A DNA stretch of 63,683 bases, counting the filler, from Hyphochytrium catenoides (Eukaryota; Protista; Hyphochytriomycota): NCBI GenBank assembly GCA_900088475.1. It is 10 parts of 10 records of this genome, joined end to end, with 100 filler letters (N's around TTAATTAATTAA, not from the genome) between each part and the next. Parts side by side here need not be neighbours in the genome. Positions count along the whole stretch, not along the records: positions 1 to 6,527 come from FLMG01000603.1; positions 6,628 to 22,687 come from FLMG01004410.1; 8 more parts are not named here. One strand, written 5' to 3'. A program made the position numbers and the translations under genes. Positions within the stretch are counted from its first letter, which is position 1; the number at the start of each line of letters is the position of its first letter. This document shows, piece by piece, positions 1 through 13,838 of the stretch. The notes below the pieces were generated by a model. It saw only the letters and a list, made by a program, of their open reading frames with translations, did no database searches and was not told the origin of the DNA.

Positions 1-2360
1 AGGGGTGGTACAGAAAGTGCATAATCTCAGCCAAATCAGCTTGTACTGTCGCCGCTGTCAATCAGCAGCTCTGTCTCTCTTGTACGAATAGCACTCTCTT
101 GAACTGATAAGTCAGGCTGCTGGTGAAGTTGACGCAGTAGTAGCCTCGCTTCTCCAGCTCCTAGATGCTACCAGTTCTACGAGTAGATGAAAATTCGTCC
201 TTAGCCACCGGATGATGATGAAACAAATCTTGTTGCCCAGGAAGAAGAAGAAGAACAAGAAGAAAGAAGAGGAAGAAAGAAGAGGGAAAGAAGAAGCAAG
301 AAGCAACAAAGAGAGAAGACCTATGAGGTCTTGGTCTCCTCATCAACTCACTCTCCTTTATCAATATCATCATTATTATCACAAAGGAAGAACACAGTGG
401 ATTTCCTCATCAGCTATGATATTAGCAGAGACGGCGTGAGAAGATATTGTTTGAAGAACCCGCTGCTCCATCACCTGTCAACTACCGAGGCGCTTTCTTA
501 TTACGTCTTCCTCCTCCAACGCCGTAGTATAAAAAAGAATATTGTTATTATTTCTGGCGCGAACCTAAGAGTTTCTTCTTCTAACCTTATGTGTTGAACA
601 ACTAGCTCCTCGTCGTCATCCATAACTTGTAGCGGTGGAAGAGCCGCAGCGTTGATGTGGTGATCGCTCTTCACCACTAGAACTACTTACGTACTACCTA
701 GTATTGATTGCTTCTAACGATGGGCATTGGAGTGTGGCTTCTTCACTAGGTATACTGATGGCTGCTTTATTAGAGCTTCCATACCGGTCTATTGGGTCGT
801 GGAGGTTCATGACGAAGTGCGCTTCTTCAGAATCTGACGAAGCTTATCGTCCCTCAGCATGGCAGCAGCCGTTGGATTTATATTGCAGTCTTCGTCTGGT
901 TGTTTGTTGCATCAGGAAGGTGATTGATGACAACTTCTTGGTTGTTGTTTCTTTTTTTCTCCTTCCCCTCGTCGTCGGTATCCCCTCTCATACCTCATTC
1001 CTAATGATCAGGAGAAGTCAACCACAGTCTTCCTTCCTAATAATGATGTTCTTAGAAGAGTGGGGAGGAAGTCCACCAACACTGCTTGTCGCTCTTGTCT
1101 CTTCTCCTTTCATTATCTTTCCTTTCCTTCTTTTAGTTGGCCTTTTGTTGGCCCTTCATTATTATCTTATGCATCAGCTACTACTACTCATCAGAGTTGT
1201 CGAGCAATAATCGAGGAGTGACTAGTAGAAGACTACCCTTTCTTCAGTGCAGGAAGAGAAGGAACTAGGTACTACGAAAATAAAGAGAAACAAGAGAGAA
1301 ATCTTCGCAGGCCAAAAGAAAAGAAGAGCAAGAAGGAAGCAGGGGCAGCACCCGGCCACCAAGGAGTCGACCACCCACGTAGGGAGAGTTAACAGGGGCG
1401 GGGGCAGTAACTTCAGATACAGAAGGAGTAAGATAATAGAAGGAGAAGAAGGGCCGGGGAAGAAGAGAGCGGAGAACGGGGACAAGCTGCAGCCAGCAAG
1501 AGCGCTGAACAGGGCAAACGAGAAACCATCATGCGGGCTGCCTCCTCGTGTGACGCCAAAGACGCTTGTCTAGTTAAGGGATGCCGAAAGAGGTGTACAT
1601 CATCGCGTTCGACTGCAACCGTCGGAGACGCTTGAGCAGCACCAGAAATAGTATTTGCAAAGGCTGCAACTGTGGCCGACCTCAACAAAAAAAAAGTATA
1701 TCCCAAAGCAAAGGAATTCAGTCAACTTTTATTGCTTCAGGTCCTTTTCGTTGTTTACCCATTCGTGTTGTCTGTGGTGCGTGATAAGTAGTACTCAGTA
1801 GTAGGATATAGAATGGATGGTCAAAGACCTCTCGACTCAATCAAAGCGAAGATAATAAGACATGCATCAGAGGAAAGACGACAGCTAAGAGGTTACGAGA
1901 AGTGCCTAATTTTCACCAATGAACGAGATCGTGCCATCTTTCCCCGGAAGGAACACATGCAATGGCGGGGTGAACGCCCTATCAAAGGACATAGCATGGC
2001 CTGAAAAGGACTGTTCTCTCTACTACCGCCATGGTGATAATAGTAGGAGAAAGGAGACAGGGAAGAAGAGATTTCGGAAGCAGGACCTTCTTTTGCTGGT
2101 TGGCCCGAGTTAGTCATCTTTATTATGTTCCCAGTAGTAGGAAGAGTTTAAAACAGCCACAGTACTCCATTGCAGTAGGTGCAAAGCCTGCTCTTATAAG
2201 CAATTAACTGGTTGCCTTTACTGGCCCGTTGCGGAGAAGGAGGAGGAGTGTGAAAGCTTACTATGCGAGAAATAACAACTGATGGGTGAGACGCTGATAG
2301 AGATAGTAGAAAGGAGCAATGGAAGGCAAGCGGAAGAGAGGAAAAGGCGATCGATGACTA

Positions 2361-4136
2361 CTACTTCTTGATAAGCGACTCAGGTATTGGTTGTTTTCTA
2401 GTGATGCTACTCTGGAACTCTGGTCGCGCTGTCAGCATGAGGTACTGATTAGGATTTCTCCAGAGAGCATACGTTAATCTCCACAGCAGCAGCGTTACTG
2501 TCGCAAACCGGTTAAGGAAGAACTGGGTCATATTCCAAGCAGGATGAGACGTTGGATCTCTGACTGGGTCAAAGTGCCATCCCTTGCTTTGTGACCATTG
2601 CAAGTAGTTGCTACATATGTTCCCGGATGATGATGAGGAGAACGTAATGAACCCGACTGCAAATGTGTAGATGCTAGCCCAAAGCAGTGCTGCCCATTTG
2701 AGCTTCTTTGACCGCAGCGCTAGATGCATAGAGTCTGATAAGATAAAGAACCCCACGGTCAGGAATATACATGGTCCCAGGAAGTAACTAGCTGTCGTAT
2801 CGCAGAGCACCTTCGTCACGCTCAACGCTGCAGACCCGGTTTCTATTAGCAAGTACCAGGATTCGAATGTTCGCAGAACGCCGTTTAGCAGATAATAGCT
2901 CATCATGCAGGAGTAGTCGAAGACTGTTAGGGTGACGAGGACGAATGAAGCCATAGCCAGCTTATCAGCGAAGGAAACTCCGGCGGCTATGAATATGATA
3001 GAAAATGCGAAGGTGACGAGGCCCGACCAACCCACTGCAATTCCAAAATAAGGGACGAACCGCTTCCGGAGCATTTTATATCGTGTAGTAAACTCTGTTC
3101 CTAGCACAGCAGCCATGAGAGAGTGTCTGCGCTCATCGTCCGTCATCACGTAGTATCCATTGTCTCCGCAGATAAGCTTGATTTCCCTATTATCTTCGCT
3201 TTCAGTAGCCGTTTGCTGCCCTGATGTCGACGTAGTCGTGTTCGCTGCTACCTTTTCCTTCCTGCTGCTAACAATGCTTGTCTGCGCCTGAACCATAGGT
3301 ATCCTCCAAAGGGCGCATTTATTGGGGTCAAATAGCTTGATAATAGCAATTCGAAGTGTTAGCATGAGCACTGTGAACATCCGATTCCTCGCAAAGTCAG
3401 AGATGGCTGATGCGGAGGTTAGAGGGACTGATGCATCTTCCCCTTCCGTAAACATTGTGGCACGAATGTAGCATGATAAGGCACCAAACGCGCCGAAGAA
3501 GGTCACGGACAGCTGCCTAAATGCCACCTTTGGGGGCAAGCTATCCGCCATCAGGCCACTCGAATACGCCAACATTGCGGTCCATGCAACATAGAGGCCC
3601 TCCCTCCGATATTGATCAGCGATGACCCATGAGACGGAGAACGCAGCTAGCTGACCCAACAACATCCACACTTGAAAGGAGGAGAGGATCTTGCGGCACA
3701 CCTCGTAGTTCATCATGGAGGTAACATAGATGCACCACATTGCACTTAGCACCATCTCCAAGATGAAAAAGAATAGAGTCCCTTCATCATTGGTGCCCAA
3801 GGTCAAGATGCTCCAAACAACCAGATTCCAGACAATGGCAGTTTGAACACCGATAATGGACAGTATGAACGTGATGGTAGCACTCCTTTTGCTGTTGCTT
3901 AGTACCTTGTAGATCTTAGAGTCTCGTGGAAAGCTGGCATAGAAGTATTTCTCACCCAATGTTTCTTTCCCCAGTGTGAGGTGATAGAACAGTGGCTGGA
4001 CAGAGGTAAGGTACATGTGTCTAGAAGCAGCAGAACTTCTGACTTTTGGTGGTGCTGCTGCTTCGGCTGATTCTACGACGGCAGAAGAAGAGAGACTCAT
4101 CGGCTCTACTACCGCCATTTTTTTTGTCATGCTCAT
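2361..4136 (-). CDS. Intronless multi-pass membrane protein of unknown function, built from two homologous halves
   Basis: 591-aa ORF with many hydrophobic segments. Repeated motifs: MMNYEVCRKILSSFQVWMLL / MMSYYLLNGVLRTFESWYLL, LMADSL / ILSDSM, FARNRMFTVLMLTLR..DPNK / FFLNRFATVTLLLWR..NPNQ. Confidence 0.85.
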   Translation of the reverse strand: MSMTKKMAVVEPMSLSSSAVVESAEAAAPPKVRSSAASRHMYLTSVQPLFYHLTLGKETLGEKYFYASFPRDSKIYKVLSNSKRSATITFILSIIGVQTAIVWNLVVWSILTLGTNDEGTLFFFILEMVLSAMWCIYVTSMMNYEVCRKILSSFQVWMLLGQLAAFSVSWVIADQYRREGLYVAWTAMLAYSSGLMADSLPPKVAFRQLSVTFFGAFGALSCYIRATMFTEGEDASVPLTSASAISDFARNRMFTVLMLTLRIAIIKLFDPNKCALWRIPMVQAQTSIVSSRKEKVAANTTTSTSGQQTATESEDNREIKLICGDNGYYVMTDDERRHSLMAAVLGTEFTTRYKMLRKRFVPYFGIAVGWSGLVTFAFSIIFIAAGVSFADKLAMASFVLVTLTVFDYSCMMSYYLLNGVLRTFESWYLLIETGSAALSVTKVLCDTTASYFLGPCIFLTVGFFILSDSMHLALRSKKLKWAALLWASIYTFAVGFITFSSSSSGNICSNYLQWSQSKGWHFDPVRDPTSHPAWNMTQFFLNRFATVTLLLWRLTYALWRNPNQYLMLTARPEFQSSITRKQPIPESLIKK

Positions 4137-5399
4137 CTCTCACCGCCGAGTACTTGTCATTCCGACGATGGGACGAGCTGGGCAGCAGCCAGCCGCGTCA
4201 AGTTGCTTATTGTCACTAATTGATCGATGGATGATTAGGGTCCTTCTCCGCTCCTCCTCCTCCTCGGTTCTGCGCGTTCTTGCGCTACGTTACCATGATT
4301 GTGCAATGGAAAGGTTGTTGGTGGCGCATCCGCTGCGCGGGGCAGCGCTCATTTTCCAGCTCAGCAGCGGTAGCAGGCCGAGGATGGAGGAGGAGCGAGG
4401 AGGAGGGCGATGGGAGGAGGACGTAGAATGAGGGTCATTTATGAAGATTTATGGCTTGTAACGATCAAAGAGTCGTGGGGGAAGACTGACTCTTGTCACA
4501 TCCTTTTTCGGGTGGTCCAGGATCTTGGTGCAAAAGGTTAGTGTGTGCATGTGTGTATCCGTTGATCACCCGAATCCCCCCTTATTTTATACTTGTCAGG
4601 GGCCATACAGCTTGAAACCGGTGTAAATTAGGCGCTTGACTCCTATAATCGGCACGTGCTGTCCCCGAAACCCGTGAGAGTAATGCCTTGAGACAAGGAG
4701 GAGAGAAGAAAAGCGTAGGAAAGTTCTTACTCCTAAATATAAAGGAGTATAAAGACAGAGGAGAACCAGCTGCTCTACCGACCACTAGCAAGGGAGGAAG
4801 AGCTTCTAAGAAGAAGAAGGGCTCTTCCTTCCTCCACAAGAGGGAGAGGGAACTATGATGATACATTATGTTGAAGTGAATCATTCCCCACCATCTTCTT
4901 GCTCTTTCGTTCTTCTTCTTCTGGACGGAGACGAGGGACGGAGCACCATCCGAGAAAATAGGGTCTTGCTTGGCCCTAGTTGAAGAGAGTTGGAGGACGA
5001 CCGACCTCGTCACGTCGTCGTATTCTCAGCTGGGGCCCCCCCCCTGCATCATCTTCTTCCTCCGTCATCTCGTAGATTAATGAAGCAATGAGCTCTTGCA
5101 GAGCCAGCAGCGGGGCACCGGAGGATCAGCTTACCACCGAACTAGCGATGGTTCCTGCTGATGTTGCTGATAAGACGTTGTTGGAAATATCCGACCGCAA
5201 GGTTGGATGTCATTGTTGAAAGTAGTGGTGTCCTACCGCTCCCTTGATGCTTGTCCTGACTTCTTCAAACTGAAAGATAAAGAGCAACGAAAAGTAGCAA
5301 GTGACAAGCAGAAAGAGATATGTTGATAGAGCCAAGAGAACTCTTGACATTTGTGCTCATAACATCTTTTCTTGCTTCGACTGGCCTAGTATAGTGTCG

Positions 5400-5990
5400 A
5401 CCATAACTAATGCACGTGTCTTAGGAAGCGAATCTTCAACGACGGCCATATGGGGCTCTTATTGGTGTGTCTTAGGTCTTGTAGGGTCAATCTGCTCGGT
5501 AGTTCCAGTCAGTACCTATCACCTGCTTGCCCAACTCATTAGAACCACAGCCAACCAAAGTGTGAGAGGCCCACATGTACATGATCATTGCAAAAGGTCA
5601 TTGATAACCTGGAGATGAGGTTCATAATATTCAGATAGAGCCACCATCTTCCAGTCGTCTCAGCTTCAGAAGCTGTAGACAATACTCAATAAGAACTTCT
5701 TTGGCTATTGGCTTGGAATAGTAATGGAGACTCCCCTTTCTACAGGAGCATAAAGAGTTAGCCTCTGCAAACACGAAGGTTTCTTCATATTGAGGATCCG
5801 ATCTGCTTGTTGTCGTCTGTTGGTTAGACCTGTTCCGACTACAAGCTCAAGAATGTAGGTGATCAAGGCTGCTGCGAAGAAGTAGTGACGAATTGTCTGC
5901 CGGGACACTCGTTGAGAGGTATTATCGCTTCTCCTCATGAACGACGCAATGGTTATCGTTCCGGTGTCTTTTGGCACATCTCAAAGTCAA
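5400..5990 (-). mobile_element. Possible highly degenerate Copia-type gag relic
   Basis: Minus-strand fragments such as LLKLRRLEDGGSI and LQVINDLL loosely resemble Copia gag (UBN2-type) motifs. Frames are broken and no LTRs are seen. Confidence 0.2.
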
Positions 5991-6527
5991 ATAAAGTGGC
6001 TCATAATAGATTATCTATTATCAAAAGATCCAGGTAGTGTCATTTCATCAAAGGTCACGTCTGACGGAGGAGCAATAACGGTGAGGAGCCAGCTACTAGT
6101 AGTAGAGCGGAACCAGAGGATGGCAGCTGGCCGCAAGGGAAAAGGAACTTCATGGAAGGGAAGACGAAGATGGACCGATCTTGTGGGGTGAGAAGTTGCC
6201 TGAATGGACAGCAAGAGCTTTAGAGAAATAAAGAGGGATAAAAAGGCATAACAATAGAAAGATCTCATCACTTTTCTCAAGGGCAAGGGAGGACACAGCA
6301 GCCAGTAAGGACAACAACATGTGTCAAGAGCGAAGCACTTACCAACGCAAAAAAGAAAACTAATCAACCTAGCAAATGATGGCTTTACGCGACGAAGTCC
6401 CATGATCGATAATGTTGAGCTTCTTCTTCACAAAACAAATCATCAGGTAGGTCGCCTTATTACTTTGAGATCGAATGCACTGTAAACGGGCTCTCCCCTC
6501 AAAACTGCCTCACAAGCTACTCAAAAG

Positions 6528-6627
6528 NNNNNNNNNNNNNNNNNNNNNNNNNNNNNNNNNNNNNNNNNNNNTTAATTAATTAANNNNNNNNNNNNNNNNN
6601 NNNNNNNNNNNNNNNNNNNNNNNNNNN
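6528..6627. other. Artificial contig-joining spacer (N44-TTAATTAATTAA-N44); same spacer at 22688-22787, 44915-45014, 48065-48164, 49825-49924, 55682-55781, 58881-58980, 60764-60863, 62452-62551
   Basis: Identical 100-bp N blocks with a central 12-mer giving stops in all six frames. Confidence 0.97.
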
Positions 6628-6879
6628 GTGGAAGGTCATTCTCCTCGTGGACACAAGAGAGGTAAAGGAAAATGAAGGGAGAGAGACACAGTGACCAAGA
6701 AAGAGGGAGAGAGAGAGAGAAGGAGGGAAAGCGTGTGTCTGTGCTTGTTTATGCGTTGGTAGGGAGAAGGGGAAGGAGAGACACAGGGCAAACCAAGAGG
6801 TAATGCTGCTGTTTTTTTCCACTTAACTTTGATTCTTACTCTTCACCGCTCTGCACTTTTTTCAGAGCATTCTACCTTC

Positions 6880-6907
6880 TTGTCTCTCTCTCTCCTCTCT
6901 CTCTCTG

Positions 6908-6949
<42 letters not shown>

Positions 6950-7095
6950 TGTCTTCCCTGTTCAAGCTCTTTCCTCCGAACTCAATACTGTCTCCGTTAC
7001 TTCATCTCACTCTATTTGCACCCCCTTCCCGTCTCTCTCTCTCTTTCTCCCTTCGTCTCCTCTTCTCTTGTTTCCTCTTCTGTCTCTCTCTCTCA

Positions 7096-7128
<33 letters not shown>

Positions 7129-7150
7129 TCTCTCACTCCCTCTCTCTCCA
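6880..7150. repeat. (CT)n microsatellite / pyrimidine tract
   Basis: Long imperfect CT runs. Confidence 0.9.
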
Positions 7151-9099
7151 TCTTCCGCTCGTTCCGTTATGTCGATACTTAGCCTACTACTCTGATTCTC
7201 TCGCTCTCTACTTCTGTACATGTCCTCTGTCTTGCCGTCTTGCCCCATCAGCGCCTGACAGTCCTGCCTTTGGCCTTTGCTCGGCCACGCTGACTCCGTA
7301 CCGTTGTGAGCACAACAAGGCAAGTACCGCCTACTACTATCCTTAAAAGTCACGAGTAGGGATTCCCCAGCAACTTTTAGGCTTTCTTTCACGAGAGCCC
7401 TGCAAGGTACAAGTAGCTTGTTAGCTTACGAGAAGTGTGAAGAGCGGACAAATTCTCGTGCCACTTGCTTGGAAGAAGGGCTAAGCCTCCTCCTTGCAGT
7501 CCTTGCACGTACGACATCTGTATAATGTTAGGCTCATCGCATGGAATGGGCCTAACTCAAACAACAAGCTACGCCGTCCTACTAGGCAATGGCAAGTCAG
7601 CGGCAATATTAGGCGGCCAACAGTGGGGAAAGTCATCATCAGCAGCAGCATCTGCATTCAGTGACAGCAGCTATGCGTAGGAAGTACTCCTTCCCACTTT
7701 GACTGCCTGCTGCATCTTTAGATGCGATGATCTGGACATTCGCGCTGGTGTCTCAACAGGGATATTGATAGCTAGCAGCGGGCAGGCAGTGCCACTTCGT
7801 TCTTCTTCTTCCTCGTGTCCCGTTGCTGTTCTTGCTAGTAGTACTAGTAGTAGTAGAAGAAAGGTTAGCTTCCTCTTCCGAGTCCTCATCATTATCATCA
7901 GTGGATTGTCTCCTGCATCATGCAGCAGAAGGGTTATTCTCGCGAAGATTGAGCTAAGGTATGATGGGTGAAGATGGTGCTCCTCCTCTCTGTTTCGATG
8001 AGATAAGGCGTTGCGCTTTATTTCCCTTTGTCTACGACGCTCTATATCGCTAATACCTCACGAAGCCGTCTTCCTACTGCATTGCTCTGAACGAGGGTAC
8101 GCACCATCCTCGCCGTTGTCTCGTCATCAACGGAAACTCATTGTCTCTGCCAGCCTGACCCACACTCAGTAGCTCACTAAGTGGTGAAATAGAACTATAT
8201 TCTCGCGCTCTCTCTTGTCCTCTTCTCTCTTTTGCAGTGATGCCTTAGCGCGGCTAGGAGTGTGGGCGACAACAGGTCTCGGTCTGTCTAGCTATCATCA
8301 TGAGGGCTGGCTATCCTATTACAGGGCACAGCTGAGGCCAGAGGCCCTGGCGAGGAGGGGAAGGAGCTAGTGCTAACGAGGCGGCAAGAAGTGCTCCTTT
8401 GGATATAGTAACAGATGGGTGATCGGGGTGCTGGAAGGGTTCAGCGCGGACAGACGTGTAAGCGACCAGTAGTCCAACCTTATGCGTGACTGATTGATGC
8501 CAGCGATAGGGAAGCAACAGCCTCCTGAAAGGAAGGAGCTCCATCCCCAATCGGGCAGTTGATGACGGTGCAAGGAATGGTGTCCACGGAAAGAGACAAA
8601 GAGAGAGAGATGAGTTGATAGCAAAGCAGCTCCACGCGGTCAGTATGTTCCCTATTTATGACACTGGGACGATGTCAGTGTACTCTATACGCTCCAAACT
8701 TCGTCTAGGAGAGCGCAACACCTAACAAGCTTATGCAGCAGGCAGAACTGCGTGTCCAATGTGCTGCCACCAGTCCTCTGATCGTAACCTATGATGAGGC
8801 TTTGGAGAGACATCTTTGGCGGGTTCCTTTTCTACCTGCCTACGAAGTTATTGGGCAAGATGGGGAAAAGAGGAACTTCCTCTCGACTCGCAACCCATCG
8901 ACCGGGGGTCTCGGTGCTGGTCCAGGGTTGAGACGCTTAAGAGCGTCCTAGCGGACAAAAGAGACCGGCAGCTGTGACAGCAACAGGAGGAAGCGGTGCT
9001 TGATGCGGCTTGAAATTGGCGCAATCGGTACTAGAGATAGCCAGGATTTTTAAGGAGGAGAAATGAAAGCAGTGCATCGAAGGGAGGAGGGAACAGGGC

Positions 9100-9138
9100 G
9101 AAGAGGGGCAGAGAGGAGAGAGAAAGAAGAGCTAAGAA

Positions 9139-9175
<37 letters not shown>

Positions 9176-9187
9176 CGGACAGAGACG

Positions 9188-9230
<43 letters not shown>

Positions 9231-9666
9231 CGGACAGAGACGGAGACAGAGAGAGAGAGAGAGAGAGAAAGAAGGAAAGAATATTTGACGAATGACGGTT
9301 TGTAACGATCTTGCGCATTATGTATAAGGCCTAAAAGGTCAAATTCTATTCTTGATCATGCTTTGTGTCATTCGGAATATGGTGTTAGAGTGACGTTTCA
9401 GGTGCTGTTTTGCTTGTTTCGTTGGGCAGGCACCCCAAGAGCGGTGAGAGAGAGAGAGAGCCACATCTGCCAGAGAGAGAAGGCGAGAGAAAGTGAGAGC
9501 GAGAAAGGAGAAGAAAGAGAGGAAGCAAGACGGAAGAAAGGTAGAGCAAGAATAGTAGAAAGAAAGAGAAAGAGAGGAAGAGCAAGAGAGAGGGCGAGAG
9601 AGAGAGAGAAAACGAGAGAGAGAGAGAAAACGAGAGAGAGAGAGAAAACGAGAGAGAGAGAGGGCG

Positions 9667-9750
<84 letters not shown>

Positions 9751-9990
9751 AGTCGTACATTGAAAGAGAATGAGGAACATGTATCAGGGAGTGAACCAGC
9801 AGACCAATCTATAATAGATTGCGGTAGGTCAAGAAAGAGAGGGAGACAGAAGAGAAAGGGAAGAAGAGCACAGGCAAAAGGAATGATGGCAGAACCCTGG
9901 TTGCCAGCAAGATAAATATCCATGAGACGGAGAGACAGAGAGAGAGAGAGGGAGAGAAGGGGTGAGAGAGAGAGAGTAGCTCAAAAGAGA
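9100..9990. repeat. (GA)n microsatellite cluster with an 18-bp GAGAGAGAGAGAGAAAAC triplicate and a (GC)n run
   Basis: Seen directly; (GC)n at about 9664-9682 abuts a ~60-nt perfect GA run. Confidence 0.9.
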
Positions 9991-10257
9991 GAGACTGTAA
10001 AGCTTCTCTTATACCTCAACAAGTCCGTGGACGGTTGATGGTGAGGCTCGCGCAGCGCGGACATGGCTCGGCTCTCTAGTCAAAAGCTGCGGTACATATT
10101 GGTCCTCTCTCCCCCCCCCCTCTTTTTCTCTCTCCCCTTTTCTCTCTCTCTTTCTCTCGCCTCTTTGATGTGAGCACGGAAGGAAAGAGAAGTGTTTCCT
10201 TTACCTCCTCTTGAAGAGGGAAGGCGAGTCTCTCTCTCTTGTCCGCAATCAGGAAAG

Positions 10258-11101
10258 ATGTCTCTCCCTCCCGTTCCCTATGACGATTATAAGAGAGCCA
10301 GACAAAAAGCATATGCCGAAGGTGTGTGCCTTAACCAAGAGACTATAAGTTCACCTGTTCTCTGTCCTTTCTCTGTCCTTTCTCTCTCTTCCCTTCCCCT
10401 CCCTCTCCCCCCNNNNNNTCTCTCTCTCGCTCTCTCGCTTTCTCAGGGCATGTTCTCTTGCTCTTTCTCTGTACCATCTCCTTTCCGCCGGCTAAGCAGA
10501 GACTTTTCCTCTTCTCGTCTTCACAGAACTGGACAAGCAGATTGAAGAGAAGAAGATGATGATCCGCAATGAGGTTCTCTTCTTTCTTCTCTCCCGGTGG
10601 CATTGAGCCATTCTCTCCTTTTCAACGCATCTCGCCCTATCTCTCCCTTCAATGTCTTTTCCTCCCTCACTCATCCCCTCTCTAGCTCCCTCGCATCCTT
10701 TCTCAGCCTCTCTCTCTCTCTCTCTTCGTGTCTCTTTCTTCCCTACACACACAGACAGAGGATATCTACCTCTCAGCAGTCTTTCTTTGTGGATTGATCT
10801 CTTCTATTTGCCCTTTTCTATGTTCAGCACCCGCTCCATTATTCATAGGTTGCCATCCCTTTCTGTTGATTCTCTTCCTCTTTCTCCCCCTCTCTCTCCC
10901 TCTCTCTCTGTCTCTCTCTATCTCTCTCTATCTCTCTGCCTCTCTTTGTTTCTCTCACTCTCTCTGTTTTTTCTCTCTCTCTCTCTCTCTCTCACTCTCT
11001 CACTCTCTCTCACTCTCTGTCTCCTCTCTCTCTGTCTGCCCCTGGTTGGCTCCTTTCACTGCCTGTCCTCTCTTTCAATCCTCTCTTTGNNNNNNNNNNN
11101 N

Positions 11102-11134
<33 letters not shown>

Positions 11135-12372
11135 GAGAATGCGGAAGAGCACGCAACGGGAGAAAGAGAGAAGCAATGAGAATGGGAGTAGATCTATCAC
11201 AAGAAAGGGAAGAGGAGTCTCAGACATAGCAGCATTTGGTGCTTCAAACTCCTCTAGTTTCCTTCTGTAGCTCATTTCTGTCTCTCTCTCTCTCTCTCCT
11301 CTCCCCCTTCTTTCCCTCTCTTTTCTCCTCCCTCTATCTCACTCGCTTTCTTTCCTTCTCTCTTTTTTCTTTCTTCCTTTCTCTCTTTCACTCTTTTCTC
11401 TCTCGCTTTCTCTCTCCCTCTTAACTCTCTCTCTCTCTGTCGCTGTCTCTCTCTGTCTCTCTCTCTCTTTCTGTCCTCTCTCTGTCCTCTCTCTGTTCTC
11501 TCTCCTGACTGTCTATCTGCCGATGGATTCTTACCTATTTCGTTGTCTTTTCTCTAGTGGCCAAGGATCTCCTCAGAAGCTGCCAGCAAACCGTTCTCTT
11601 CCTCTGAGCGAGGGTCCGCCCAGTGTTGATGGGAGAGGAGAGTTGTCTTTCTCTTCACCTTCTTCTTCTCCCGCTTCTTTCACTTACGCCGCTATCAAGG
11701 AGCTACAGCGGGAGATGGTTCTTGCCAAAGAGGAACGGTAGACCATCCTCTTGCTAGTGCACACTCCTTCTGTCTCTCTTTTGGGGCTGTTCTTTGTCAT
11801 CAGCGATCCCTCTCTCTCTCGCGAGTTCTTGCTCCCTTCTCCTCTTTAGTTTGCACCTCTCTCTCTCTTTCTTTCCTTCTGTCTATCACAGTCTTCATTC
11901 CTTTCTTCTCTCTCTTTCTCTCTTTCTCTGCCTTCTGTTTTGCTTTTTACCTTTCTGTCCATTCTCTATTAACTCTCTGTTCAACTTTCATCTCTCTTCT
12001 TTCTCCCGTCTCTCCTTTCTTTCTCTCACTCGCTCTTTCTTTCTTCTCTTATTTTCTCCCTTGGCCCGTCAGCGGTCTTGTCTTTTCCCTCCGTATTCAG
12101 TATTTCCCTCCTTCTTCCTTCCTCCCGTCTCCCCTCTCCATCGCTGATCATGTTATCACTTTCTCCTTCTCTCCCCAATTTCTTTCTTTCTGTTGCTCTC
12201 TCTCTCTTCGTCATTATGGCCCGCTCGAATACCCACCTCCCTACCCTTCTCTTACCTGCATACTATAATTCTCTTCTGCTCTCTCTCTCTCCTCTTCTCC
12301 CTGTCTGCATGTTCCCGGCACCTATCGCTTGCGGGCTCTGGACCATTGCTTCTCTTTCTCTTTCTCACCCAA

Positions 12373-12421
<49 letters not shown>

Positions 12422-12603
12422 TTATAGCGCGAGACTTAGGAACTTGCTGGAGTCTTTCTCAAACCAAGCGCTGCCCTCACCACAACAGCACCTCTACTTT
12501 AGAGAACTGCAGGTACGTTAGACAGTATTGGGCGGCAGGGAAAGGGAGGAAAGAGAGAGAGAGAGAGAGAGAGCAAAGGGGAGAGACGGAGAAAGAACAG
12601 GGA

Positions 12604-12640
<37 letters not shown>

Positions 12641-13806
12641 GGGGGGTGGGAAAAGAGTTGAGAGTAAGAAGAACGACCTACAATTTCGAATCGTGCGACT
12701 GACCTGAGTGAGAGTGGGAAAGCTAAAGTGAAAGTGCAACATCATTGTAATCTCTCTCATTTGCTCTCTCCCTCTCTCTCTCTCTCTCTCTCTTCAGGAA
12801 CTATCGACATGGAAGGCTAAGGTTCAGAGCATAGAGGGCGAGGTGTCAGAGCTGCGTGCTTGGGTGCGACAGTTCATCGCCGAAATAGAGGAGAGGGAGA
12901 GAGAGAGAGACAGAGCAGAAAGAGAGAGGGATAATAGGCTTAGACAGGTACCAGATCAACATCGACTTTATCCCTCTTTGCCTTGTTTGTACTCTCTTTC
13001 CGAAGTGACAGGCTACTTGTCTCCATCCTGTGACTGTCATCCTCTTCTTCTCTCCCTGTGTTTCATGTCTCTGTCTGTCTTTCTCTCTCTCTCTCTCTCC
13101 CTTCTCTTTGTGAGACCCTGGTATCCAGAGACGTTTCCTTTTCTTATGTCTCTTCTTTGCGCCTCCACTGCCCGTAGTTAGCCCAACTGTTTCTCTTCCC
13201 TTCCTTTTCGGTGTTTTGAAACGCTCTCTCTCTCTCTTGAGTGTCTCTCTCTCTCTCTTGAGTGTCTCTCTCTCTCTCTCTTATGTGTCTCTCTACACCC
13301 TCTTTCTCGGTTAACACTGCTCGCCCTACTCTCTCTGACACTTTCAGCTAGCTGAGAGCCAAAAGGTAGAGGTTCAGAGCTCTGTTCGCACGGTGAAAGG
13401 TCGTTGCGACCTCATAGAGGAGACGTGGTCGAAAGAGAGAGACAAAGCGAGAGTGGAGAGGGATGCTCTCTCCCAGACTCAGGTGTCGCTCTTTCTCCCT
13501 ATGATGCTACTCTCTTTATATCATTTTCTGAGAATAGAAAGGCGCCAATCTGTTGCTGCCGAATTTCTTGTCTGTTTGCTCTCTTCCTCACTCTGTTCGT
13601 CTCTCTCCCTCTCTCTCTCTCTCTCCTCTTTTCCCATTGCTGATCTCTTTCCCTCTTTTCTCTCCCCCTTTTTGCTCAAATCACGGCCAGGCACGATTGG
13701 AAGCGACAGTGTCCACTCTCTCTTCGTCTTTGGCCCTCATCAAGCAACAGCAGGAGTTTGAAAGAACAAGAGAAAGAGNNNNNNNNTCTCTCTCTCTTTC
13801 TCTCCC

Positions 13807-13838
<32 letters not shown>

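Noticed and set aside
704-1210. LPYRSIGS resembling the Copia RT PYRSLVGSL motif
   Set aside because: Isolated motif with no supporting downstream RT residues.
6572-6583. Recurrent TTAATTAATTAA as a biological motif
   Set aside because: Always centred in N padding, so it is an assembly linker.
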